A stretch of 64,000 nucleotides of DNA from Candidatus Woesearchaeota archaeon (GTDB taxonomy: Archaea; Nanobdellota; Nanobdellia; Pacearchaeales; GW2011-AR1), in NCBI GenBank assembly GCA_964612685.1, contig CAZTCF010000002.1:212-64211 (forward strand), read 5' to 3'. Made by a program: the position numbers and the translations under genes. Shown here piece after piece: positions 1 to 9,152 of the stretch. Each line of letters opens with the position of its first letter. The stretch's first letter is position 1. Under the pieces are notes generated by a model, which was not told the origin of the DNA, searched no databases, and saw only the letters and a list, made by a program, of their open reading frames with translations.

Positions 1-3000
1 TATTCTGGGTTATTGTAAAGTTGAAAATATTACTATCATTTGTATATCCGCTCTTATTTGCAAATATTGAATAATTATTATAATAACTTCTTGTTCCAGC
101 ATTATTAACATACTCAGTAACTTCTTGTCTTGCTATCCAACCAGATGCATTTGTTTGTGCAGTGGACTGAAGAACACCTGTTGCATTATAAGCTGAAACA
201 TTTGCGTCTGAAACTGCACTTCCAGAACTATCATTTACATACGCCTGATAATACCATTTTCTTATTAATTCGTTGTCTGTTCCTCCAACAGTTTCACTAT
301 CATAAGAACAATTTATGAAAGTGTTATTCTTGCTTAAAGGAGTTGAAAATAAGTTTACATCAAATGTGGTTCCAGATATATCTATGCAGTCTCTGAAAGT
401 TGTCCAATTTACATTAACCATAAAAATACCTAGATTTCCTGATGCTCTCTGATTGATAAAAGTGTTATTGTAGTTAGAAAAAAGGTAAATTCCTTGCCCT
501 ATACTTGAAATTCCAGTATTATTTATTAAAGTATTATTGTTTGAAGAACCTGCAACATATATTCCAATTCCATTATTTACATTCATACCAGTATTATTTA
601 TCAAGATATTATTGCTGGAAGTTCCTAATACAATTCCAAAATTATCGGCAGCATAACTAGTTCCGTTATTTGATGTTAAAGTGTTATTATCTGAAGATTC
701 TTCTATGTAAATACCACTCGAGGAAGTACTTGTTGCTTTGTTTTCAGTTAAATTCATATATGAAGAATTGTAAATATAAATTGCCTGGCCACTAACCGAA
801 TTAGTTGTAGCATTGTTTCTAAGAAGAGTATTATTATTTGAAAATGCTAAAATGTAAATTCCTGATCCGGTATTTGAAGTTGCATTGTTGCCTATCAAAG
901 TATTATTAGAAGAGTAAGAATTGATAACAATGCCGCCAGAAGAACTACTTGTTGCATTATTACTTATTAAAGTATTATTAGTACTATTTCTAAGATAAAT
1001 TCCGTGGTTTAAATTAGAACTTGCATTACACCCAGAAATAAGATTATTGGATGCAGAGTCTATATAAAATCCATAACCATCATAAGTAGACTGGCCTGTA
1101 GAGTTATAAATAGAATTATTATTTCCATATATACCTTTCCCAGCGCTCGTGTTTGAGATTCCTGTAGAATTTATAATAGTTATATTTGAAGTATCAGTCC
1201 AGATTATAATTCCATGATACTCTTTTGTTCTGCCTGTTGAATTAACAACCCTTATTCCAGAACCGCCATTAATATCAATACCATGACAATTGCTAACATT
1301 GGTAGACACATTCTGTATTAATCCATAATCTGCCCCAATAGTAAAGAAAACCCCTGCTCTCCAAGGGTCTGCATTAGTCCAATTACCATCCAAGATTCTA
1401 CAATTTTTAACAGTTGTATTAAATTGATTTGTATAAACTCCCCTGGTCCCTATGGCTCCTCCTGTTGAGAAAGTTATCCAGTATCCATTACAATCAACGG
1501 TTACATTAGCAGCAGAAACTGTAAGGCATGTTCCCTGAGAGGAAATATTTTCAGTTAAAGTATATGTTTGCCCCTCGACATCTAATGTTCCAGAATTTCC
1601 AATTGTTGTACAATCTGCAGGACCTGGAATCTCTAAAGTCATGAAATCATCAACCTTATTCTGAGTTATTGTAAAATTAAACTCATTACTATCGTTAATA
1701 TATCCTATCTTACTTGCATTAACAGTATAATTATTGTAATAGCTTACTGTCCCAGAAGTATTCACATATTCGGTAATGTTTTGAACTAAAATATGTCCAG
1801 TTAAATTTGTTAAAGCAGTGAATTGAATATCTCCGGTAGTGTTGTATGCTGTAATATTTGCCCCCTCAACTGCATTTCCAGAACTATCATTTACATACGC
1901 TTTATAATACCATCTCCTTATAATCTGATTTCCTTCCCCCGTAGTATTTTCAGAATCATAAGAACAATTCAAGAAAATATTTCCAGTAGAACTAATTGTC
2001 TCAAATTCAGCATACACGTCATTAGTGCTTCCACTTACATAAATACAATCTGTTATGTTATTATAACTGCTGTCCTCAAAATGAAAACCATATCTTCCGG
2101 AAGTATTTGTATTTATAAAAATATTATTGTTTGAACTAGACTCAAAACGTATTGAATCTGAAGTAGCAATTGCAGTATGATTTATCAAAGTATTATTGCT
2201 TGAACCACTTGTTAACGCAGTGGCATATTGGGAAGATGAGATTACATTATTATTTATAAGAATATTTCTTGAAGAAGAAGAAATCCTTATTCCCTGATTA
2301 GAAGAAGCAAATGCACTATTATTTGTAAGATTAACATAATCTGAGCTAGATAAATAAATTGCCTGAGAATTACTTGTATTTACATAATTATTAAACAATG
2401 TAGAATTATCCCCATTATCTAGATAAATACCTCTTCTAGATAGATACCCTCCAGATCTATTCCCATCAATTATATTACAATTCCTTATTGTTGTATTAAA
2501 CTGATTTGTATAAATTCCATAACGTGCATCAACTCCATTTATGGAATAGTTAATCAATCCATTAGCACAATCAAAAGTATTATTCTGCCCACGGTCTATA
2601 TAAATTCCATGAGCACTACTGTTTATGTTTATATCTGTAAATGTATTGCCATGAGAATTATTTGTAACTAAAATACCTGCAATTGTAATATTATTAAAAG
2701 ATATGTACGTAAAATTACTATTAGTTGTTCCATTAACAATTAAACCATATTCACTTCCACCCGTTATGTTGTATAAAGTTATATTATCTGCATTTTCAAC
2801 ATATACATCTATTGGAAAATTAGAAAACTTACAATCTCTAATAGTAATATTTGAACTATTTATCAAAATACCTTTAGAATTTTCAACATTATCTCCGATT
2901 ATGTAGTATCCTCCACAATCTAAAGTTATATTTTGAGCTGTTATATTAAAACCATTTTCCAAGGAAGAAATATTTCCTGTTAAGGTACATGATTTATTTT

Positions 3001-6000
3001 CAATATCTAGAGAACCACATTCAGAACTTCCAGCACCAGGATTCAATATTATTCTTCTGTCTTCTGTATTATTATCAAGAACATTGGAATTTCCATAGCT
3101 TGAATTAAATAAAACATCCAACAAGTATTCTTGATTGGGGGTTGTTGATGTAACGTTTATTGTCCAGTTCGGATAAAAAGATTCTCCCTCATTAAGAACT
3201 GCTGAAGATGTTTGTGGATTTGAGGCTCCTCTAGAACCATTGACTTTGATTTCAATAAAATCAACTTCGATAGAAGTAGTAAGAGAATCACTATTACCTT
3301 TTACAAGAATCTGAATTATTCCATCAGAACCAATTATATCATCTATTTTTAGGGAAGTAGTTTTGTTAAAGGTTAAATTATGATATTGGAAACCCTCTAA
3401 ATTAATTGAAGATACTTGCTTCCATGGATCACCCATGATGCCTCCGCTATAATTATATACAAAAACAGTAAATTGATAATCTGAACTAGAATATGATCTT
3501 CCATATATTGAGAGATTTATCTCATTTATGGAATCTTTTGACTCTAAAATTTTAAAATCAAATTTCTCATAAGGTTTATTCGATCCAAATCCAGATGGAA
3601 GGGAAGTTTTTGTAACAAATCCATCAATAAAAACTAGATTAGAATAACCTTCATTATAAAACTCATATTGATTATTAGGTTGAAATGAGACAAATGAAGA
3701 ACATGAGCCATTAGTAGCTTTATGTGTTGAAGAAGGATTAGTTATCCCACTAAAATTATAGACATATATATCCTCTCCACCACTTCCAAGGTTATAAAAA
3801 GGAGATCCTCCTTCACTAATATTAATATTTGTATCGGGAGAAGCACTTGAAAGATTATATCTCGCTGTCGCACTTACTGTTCCGCAATATGCTCCACCCA
3901 CACAAGTCACACTTGCATTTATTGTTAAATTAGTATTTCCAGTAAAGTATCCAGAATCATTTGCAGGAAGAATTATGCTAACATTTAAGATACCATAATA
4001 AGGAGTCGTTGTCAAAGTATAAACAGGTGTTGAATTATAATTTGGTGTTGAATAAGAATCTTTGAAATACCACCTATAACCTATAATCGCCCCACTAGTT
4101 GAATTCAATGTTTTTGTAACATTTGCCCAGGAAGGAGTTGAGGTGAAATTAACTGCACTATCATTCACCCAAGCCCCAGTATTATTAGTTGAGAAAATAT
4201 ATTGCCCATTTGGATGCAATGCAATATTATCAGTCACATTTATTGCAAAATTAGTTATTTGCCCTGCAAGAGTGTTATTAACTGAAACAGAATTATACTG
4301 GGGAGAAGTTAAATCAACAGGCTCTGCATATGTTATTTTTAACATACCTTGTGCTCCTGTTCCTCCAACCCCATTAGTTCCCCCTGCTTTTTCTCCTCCA
4401 CCTCCAGCTCCACCATAATTAAGTCCAGCATCTCCACTTGCGTCTGTGTTACCTGCACCTCCATCTCCTCCCCCAATTGAAGTTCCTATTCCTCCTGTAG
4501 CACTTGTACTATTTCCACCCCAACCAGTTGTTCCAGAACCTCCTCCTCCTCCTCCTCCTGATGAACTCCCAGTGTATCCATTTCCGCCCCCATAAATTGT
4601 GGTACCCACACCTCCAGAAATAGAACCTAAGCCTCCAGCCCCTGCAGCTTTATTAATTCCTCCTTTACCTCCTTCACCACCCATTGCAACAACATAATTT
4701 CCTGTAGAATTGAAGAAACTTGTATTATATCCTTGTGAACCATCACCTGTACCCCCCGTTATTGATGAAGCAATAAAAATGTTAAAAGTAGTCGAAGGAG
4801 TTACAGTTAAATTACGTTTAGCATACTGGCCACCTGCTCCGCCTCCTCCACCATAACCACTCGATATAGAACCTCCACCTGCTCCGCCTCCTCCCCAAGC
4901 TTCAATCATTATTTCAGTAACTTCGGTAGGAACCTGCCATGTGTTTGCACCAGTTGTAATATTAAATACTGCTATACATGTTCCTGAAACGCAACTTAAG
5001 TAATCTGGAGGATCAACAATATAATCAAACTCAACACTTCCTCCAATAATTCTCAAATCAAATGTATCTTGCTCTCCAATCAGACTTGTCAAGAATCTTT
5101 TGTTATAAGAATTATTAATAATTGGATTAAATTCGGCAATCAATGTGCTTTCATTCACTTCATAAATCTCAATCCTTGGTGTTCCCGAAACTATTCTTGG
5201 ATATACTGTTATATCCCTATCACTTGTCAAATTACTCTCAAAAGTAACTCTAACATAATCTCCATCAGGAATTTCCTCACTCCAAATATCATCTAATAGA
5301 ACAACCTCTTGGTAGATATCCGAAATAAAGTCTCTAGTTGAGTTAAGATGATGTGCAAAGATTATTACAATAACTTCTGCAAAAGCAGGATCTTCTGGAT
5401 TTAAAGTGAAATTATAAGTCTCTCCAGGAGTGATATCCATAACTTTAATCCATTCCCCATAACATGTTTGTTCAGTGAAATTCCAATCCTGACATTTGTA
5501 TAATTCATTACCCGTTGCAAATACAGTTACTGTAGCATTTGTATTTAAATGAGGATTTAATGCATAAACATTAGTAAAATTTTCTACTTCGGAAGGCTGA
5601 TCAATATCAATTATTCCTTCAGTGTAGTTTTCAATTAAAGTATTTTCATATTCAATTTGGAATATGGGATTTCCAACAGGATTTATTAAAATATCTTTCT
5701 CCCCTTCTTCAACAGATATTAATTCTGATTCAGTCATAGTTGAATTCATTTCAACTTCCTGACTTTCAGTATTATAGATTATAACTTCAGCTTCCTGAAA
5801 ATTTCCTTGTGCATCATTTAAAGACACATTCATCAATACAAGCGGAGGTAGAACTGTAATATTTCCTATTATTGAACCTAGATTATCTGAGCTATCATTT
5901 GCAAAAATTGTATAAGTGTAATTTCCTGCAGATAATCCAGAAGTATTAATTGTCCCGTTCCATAAATCATTGCTTGCAGGAGTTGTATAATTTACTTCAA

Positions 6001-9000
6001 ACCAAACTTCATATATCTTTAATGTTGACTCTGAATTATTAAGATGTATTTCTGTAAGAAGATTGAAATCTGCAAAACTCCAGTCCCTTTCTGATGTAAC
6101 ATCAAATTCTGTTATCTCTGGTGTTTCACTTGTTGAATTAAATTCATGGGTTAAACCTTGCTCTTCTCCTCCATTAGAGCTTGCCCAATGTAAATACCCT
6201 ATTGTGTCATAACTTAATTTAGAATGAATAACTTTTACCTTTACTGAATTTATTATACCTGCTACGCTCACTCCAGAAGTTTTTATTGTTAAGAGAGGAT
6301 TAACTGCATTTATTCCTGAAGAAGTATCATTATTATTATCATAAGAGTTAAGATAATTAACCACCCTGTTAGTTTCAATTGTACCTTTTGCAGCAGGCCT
6401 TATTATTGCAACATTTGAGATTGTTTGAGGATTTTGTCCTAATGAATAATTTAAATTATCTATCTCAATTATTGCTCCCTCAACTTCCAAATTATCTGTA
6501 ATATTTGCTGTTAAACTTAGGTTTTCTCCTTCTCTAATTGTTGACGGAATACTCACTGAATTTATTACAGGAACTTGAGATTCATTATAAGTTATGTTTA
6601 ACTGAGGTCTGATTGTAGCGTTAATATTATCACTTGAAGGGAAATGCCATTGTCCATGTCCGTTTTCACCATAAAGTATAATCCCATAATTTTCGTAAGT
6701 TCCATTAACCCAGTTCTGTACTAACTGAGTTATATCCAATGTATAATAAGTTCCTGCTGTTGTTAAATTTCTAATTGCCCATACTCTTGAATCAAAATCC
6801 CCTCCAGGGATATCCCAACTTTCTGTTCCGCTTCTGTTAGTCCAGGTTACTCCATCATAAGTATTCTGGCTATCCCCTGTACCCTCAATCCAGCTGTTAT
6901 TTATCCTATAAACACTTATGGGATTAGTTCCTGTTCCTGCAGAAGATAAATAGAAAGTAAGATTTGCATTAACAATATTTGCTGTTTCTGTTACATCGGA
7001 TAAATCAAATTCTAGCAACATTCTTTCTGTGTTACTTATTATCATAGAAGTAGATGCGCCAAAATTTCTGTTTGGAGTTGAACTATCAATATGAGCATCT
7101 TTTCCTTCTGTCCCTAATTGGATAGTTATCAAAAATGTCTGATTGGATAAATGAGGAACAATCCATTCAACATAATCATAAAATCCGTTATTATCTTTGT
7201 CTTCAACCCTCTCTGCAGGAAGGTAAACTTCTTCTTCAATCCAATATATTTTCAGTTCAGAAGGACTTCTTATATCCAAACTTTCACTTAAATTTGTAAA
7301 TGCTAAAACATTTTCATAATGAACCTCTTCAGAACCTGCAATTATTACTTTCTTTCCTTTTTCAGTTTCTTCTTCAGAAGAGTATGGTGCAGGAGTTTCA
7401 TACTCAATTTCATATAAGTCAGAATTATCTTCAATCAATACTTCTATTGAGTTTGATCTTTCTTTAATTTTTTTATTTTCAGTAAGAAGCTTCCCTTGGG
7501 AAGGACTCGACTCTTCTTTTTGAGAAGCTTCTTTTTCTGAATATGATTCCCTATCAATAATCTTGCTAACACTAATTTTCTCAGAACCCTTTGGAAGTTC
7601 AATTTTAACATTCCCTTTTTCAGGAAGTTCAATTTGCTTTTTCCATTTTACTGGCTGTCCAAGAACTGCATCATACTGAATAGTGTTTATTGTAATATTT
7701 TCCAAGATAATAGGAACTTCTTCCAGAATAATAGAATAATCAATACTCCCTAGCCTTAGTGTAGCATTTCCTTCTATCTCCACCCTTAAAGTATAAGAAG
7801 AATTTGTTAAACTCAATTTTTCAAGATTGCATGTATCTTCACAAACCCCATTAAAGATATTTTCAGTTAGAGACTCCTCCTGGGAAGGACTCGACTCTTC
7901 TTTTGAAGGAGTCTCTGTTTCTGAATATGATATATTGGATTGTGTTTCATTGCTTTCCTGTTCATAAGTAACATTTGTTTGAACTTCTCTCTCATTAGTT
8001 TCAATATCTTCTGTTTGATTTCTCTGGGGGTATGATTGATTTGTTTCAGTTAGAGACTCCTCCTGGGAAGGACTCGACTCTTCTTTTGAAGGAGTCTCTG
8101 TTTCTGAATATGAAATCGATTCGTTTTCTGTTTGAGGCGTATCATCCAAAGTCTTATCTAAACTTTCAGAAGCTTGAGGTTCCTCCTGGGAAGGACTCGA
8201 CTCTTCTTGCAAAGGAACCTCGCTCTCTATCTTCTCTTCTGAATATGATACTTCTGATGAAATTGTTTGAGAATTTGTAGTTTCAGTTAGAGACTCCTCC
8301 TGGGAAGGACTCGAATCTTCTTTTGAAGGAGTCTCTGTTTCTGAATATGAATCTTCTGAAGTAGTTGTCTGAGAATCTGTTGTTATTGTTTCGGTTTCTT
8401 CAATAATCATTCCGGTTAAAGGAGAATTATATTTTGGAGAACTTGATTTCGATTTAATCTTTGAACTATCCAATATTAACAAATCATTGAGATAAACTTT
8501 AATCTCTCCCTCTCCTTTTATCTCACCATTAATTTTAACTGAACTTAATTGTCCAGGATTTTCTAAGTTCAATTCATAATTTGTAGATTCATTAGTTATC
8601 AGTCCAATTATCTGTGAATACTCTTGTTCCTGAAATCCTTCACCCACAAAAAATCCTGTTAACCCAATACTAGAATAATCTAAAGAAAGAGCAGCAAAAA
8701 TAAACCCTCCTAAAAATAGAACTCCAAAAAATAAAGCTAAAACTCTGTTCCTTATTACCTTTGCCTTTTGTCTCTCGATCGCCTTTTCGCAGTTCTTAGA
8801 ATAATTTTCATAATAATCAACCCACTCTTTTATGTTTCTTCCATTGGTTTTTTTCGTGAGCGTCTCTACATATTTTGCCCCAGAAATCTGTTTATTTGCA
8901 TGTGCTTGATTTAATCTTTTTAAATAATCAACAAGCTCATTTTTTCTGCTTTGAGAAGCCTCTTTATTTCTTTGTAAACTACTAACTAGTGCCTTTGCTA

Positions 9001-9016
9001 ATCGAGTCCTTCCCAT
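1..9016 (-). CDS. Giant surface/adhesin-like protein (>3000 aa, 3' end beyond left edge): short N-terminus, one TM helix, acidic repeats, DNRLRE-like domain, Gly-rich domain, repeated right-handed beta-helix modules
   Basis: Manually read ATG at 9016 (MGRTRLAKALV...), TM VLALFFGVLFLGGFIFAAL, DAHIDSSTPNRNFG...LLEFDLS...NWVNGTYENYGIIL, GGGGAGG tracts, Asn/Ser/Thr-rich beta-helix repeats. The same frame is coding-like at position 2 (NIFNFTITQN). It is missing from the ORF track, consistent with no in-frame stop before the edge. Confidence 0.88.
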   Translation of the reverse strand, partial: MGRTRLAKALVSSLQRNKEASQSRKNELVDYLKRLNQAHANKQISGAKYVETLTKKTNGRNIKEWVDYYENYSKNCEKAIERQKAKVIRNRVLALFFGVLFLGGFIFAALSLDYSSIGLTGFFVGEGFQEQEYSQIIGLITNESTNYELNLENPGQLSSVKINGEIKGEGEIKVYLNDLLILDSSKIKSKSSSPKYNSPLTGMIIEETETITTDSQTTTSEDSYSETETPSKEDSSPSQEESLTETTNSQTISSEVSYSEEKIESEVPLQEESSPSQEEPQASESLDKTLDDTPQTENESISYSETETPSKEESSPSQEESLTETNQSYPQRNQTEDIETNEREVQTNVTYEQESNETQSNISYSETETPSKEESSPSQEESLTENIFNGVCEDTCNLEKLSLTNSSYTLRVEIEGNATLRLGSIDYSIILEEVPIILENITINTIQYDAVLGQPVKWKKQIELPEKGNVKIELPKGSEKISVSKIIDRESYSEKEASQKEESSPSQGKLLTENKKIKERSNSIEVLIEDNSDLYEIEYETPAPYSSEEETEKGKKVIIAGSEEVHYENVLAFTNLSESLDIRSPSELKIYWIEEEVYLPAERVEDKDNNGFYDYVEWIVPHLSNQTFLITIQLGTEGKDAHIDSSTPNRNFGASTSMIISNTERMLLEFDLSDVTETANIVNANLTFYLSSAGTGTNPISVYRINNSWIEGTGDSQNTYDGVTWTNRSGTESWDIPGGDFDSRVWAIRNLTTAGTYYTLDITQLVQNWVNGTYENYGIILYGENGHGQWHFPSSDNINATIRPQLNITYNESQVPVINSVSIPSTIREGENLSLTANITDNLEVEGAIIEIDNLNYSLGQNPQTISNVAIIRPAAKGTIETNRVVNYLNSYDNNNDTSSGINAVNPLLTIKTSGVSVAGIINSVKVKVIHSKLSYDTIGYLHWASSNGGEEQGLTHEFNSTSETPEITEFDVTSERDWSFADFNLLTEIHLNNSESTLKIYEVWFEVNYTTPASNDLWNGTINTSGLSAGNYTYTIFANDSSDNLGSIIGNITVLPPLVLMNVSLNDAQGNFQEAEVIIYNTESQEVEMNSTMTESELISVEEGEKDILINPVGNPIFQIEYENTLIENYTEGIIDIDQPSEVENFTNVYALNPHLNTNATVTVFATGNELYKCQDWNFTEQTCYGEWIKVMDITPGETYNFTLNPEDPAFAEVIVIIFAHHLNSTRDFISDIYQEVVLLDDIWSEEIPDGDYVRVTFESNLTSDRDITVYPRIVSGTPRIEIYEVNESTLIAEFNPIINNSYNKRFLTSLIGEQDTFDLRIIGGSVEFDYIVDPPDYLSCVSGTCIAVFNITTGANTWQVPTEVTEIMIEAWGGGGAGGGSISSGYGGGGGAGGQYAKRNLTVTPSTTFNIFIASSITGGTGDGSQGYNTSFFNSTGNYVVAMGGEGGKGGINKAAGAGGLGSISGGVGTTIYGGGNGYTGSSSGGGGGGGSGTTGWGGNSTSATGGIGTSIGGGDGGAGNTDASGDAGLNYGGAGGGGEKAGGTNGVGGTGAQGMLKITYAEPVDLTSPQYNSVSVNNTLAGQITNFAINVTDNIALHPNGQYIFSTNNTGAWVNDSAVNFTSTPSWANVTKTLNSTSGAIIGYRWYFKDSYSTPNYNSTPVYTLTTTPYYGILNVSIILPANDSGYFTGNTNLTINASVTCVGGAYCGTVSATARYNLSSASPDTNINISEGGSPFYNLGSGGEDIYVYNFSGITNPSSTHKATNGSCSSFVSFQPNNQYEFYNEGYSNLVFIDGFVTKTSLPSGFGSNKPYEKFDFKILESKDSINEINLSIYGRSYSSSDYQFTVFVYNYSGGIMGDPWKQVSSINLEGFQYHNLTFNKTTSLKIDDIIGSDGIIQILVKGNSDSLTTSIEVDFIEIKVNGSRGASNPQTSSAVLNEGESFYPNWTINVTSTTPNQEYLLDVLFNSSYGNSNVLDNNTEDRRIILNPGAGSSECGSLDIENKSCTLTGNISSLENGFNITAQNITLDCGGYYIIGDNVENSKGILINSSNITIRDCKFSNFPIDVYVENADNITLYNITGGSEYGLIVNGTTNSNFTYISFNNITIAGILVTNNSHGNTFTDININSSAHGIYIDRGQNNTFDCANGLINYSINGVDARYGIYTNQFNTTIRNCNIIDGNRSGGYLSRRGIYLDNGDNSTLFNNYVNTSNSQAIYLSSSDYVNLTNNSAFASSNQGIRISSSSRNILINNNVISSSQYATALTSGSSNNTLINHTAIATSDSIRFESSSNNNIFINTNTSGRYGFHFEDSSYNNITDCIYVSGSTNDVYAEFETISSTGNIFLNCSYDSENTTGEGNQIIRRWYYKAYVNDSSGNAVEGANITAYNTTGDIQFTALTNLTGHILVQNITEYVNTSGTVSYYNNYTVNASKIGYINDSNEFNFTITQNKVDDFMTLEIPGPADCTTIGNSGTLDVEGQTYTLTENISSQGTCLTVSAANVTVDCNGYWITFSTGGAIGTRGVYTNQFNTTVKNCRILDGNWTNADPWRAGVFFTIGADYGLIQNVSTNVSNCHGIDINGGSGIRVVNSTGRTKEYHGIIIWTDTSNITIINSTGISNTSAGKGIYGNNNSIYNSTGQSTYDGYGFYIDSASNNLISGCNASSNLNHGIYLRNSTNNTLISNNATSSSSGGIVINSYSSNNTLIGNNATSNTGSGIYILAFSNNNTLLRNNATTNSVSGQAIYIYNSSYMNLTENKATSTSSSGIYIEESSDNNTLTSNNGTSYAADNFGIVLGTSSNNILINNTGMNVNNGIGIYVAGSSNNNTLINNTGISSIGQGIYLFSNYNNTFINQRASGNLGIFMVNVNWTTFRDCIDISGTTFDVNLFSTPLSKNNTFINCSYDSETVGGTDNELIRKWYYQAYVNDSSGSAVSDANVSAYNATGVLQSTAQTNASGWIARQEVTEYVNNAGTRSYYNNYSIFANKSGYTNDSNIFNFTITQN
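7478..8350 (-). repeat. Five intragenic ~69-84 nt palindromic repeats (7478-7546, 7862-7930, 8045-8113, 8165-8248, 8282-8350)
   Basis: Invariant core TGGGAAGGACTCGA (+ strand) and CTGAATATGA flank, with inverted arms. Copies 2 and 3 are identical and copy 5 differs by 1 nt. They encode SYSE...ESSPSQ-type peptides. Confidence 0.95.
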
Positions 9017-9040
9017 TACTTATTATTTATGTAATATACC

Positions 9041-9047
9041 TTATAAA
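9041..9047 (-). promoter_or_regulatory. Probable TATA box of the giant gene (leaderless or near-leaderless transcript)
   Basis: TTTATAA on the minus strand ending ~25 nt before ATG 9016; no SD motif. Confidence 0.55.
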
Positions 9048-9105
9048 TATATCTATTATTTATTAAAAATACTTATTATATATGTATAAATAATAAACAG
9101 AAATT

Positions 9106-9152
9106 TGTAGTTATAATAACATTTATAAAACAAAATGTAGTTATCAAAACAT
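9106..9152 (+). promoter_or_regulatory. glyS promoter: TATA box (TTTATAAA, 9122) flanked by a 17-nt direct repeat
   Basis: TGTAGTTATaAtAACAT (9106-9122) and TGTAGTTATcAaAACAT (9136-9152), 30 nt apart. Confidence 0.55.

Noticed and set aside
7881..7900. Repeat loop as a tRNA fragment or att site (GAAGA-GTCGAGT-CCTTC resembles a T arm)
   Set aside because: No D or anticodon arm, closing pair mismatched, no match to the two tRNAs here, no integrase
130..8280. Short track ORFs in 1-9 kb (e.g. 1823-2134, 4143-4418, 7444-7632, 8032-8280)
   Set aside because: Antisense or off-frame shadows of the giant gene
7478..8350. Repeats as a CRISPR array
   Set aside because: Units are ~69-84 nt with irregular spacers (315, 114, 51, 33 nt, all multiples of 3) inside a coding frame; no cas operon
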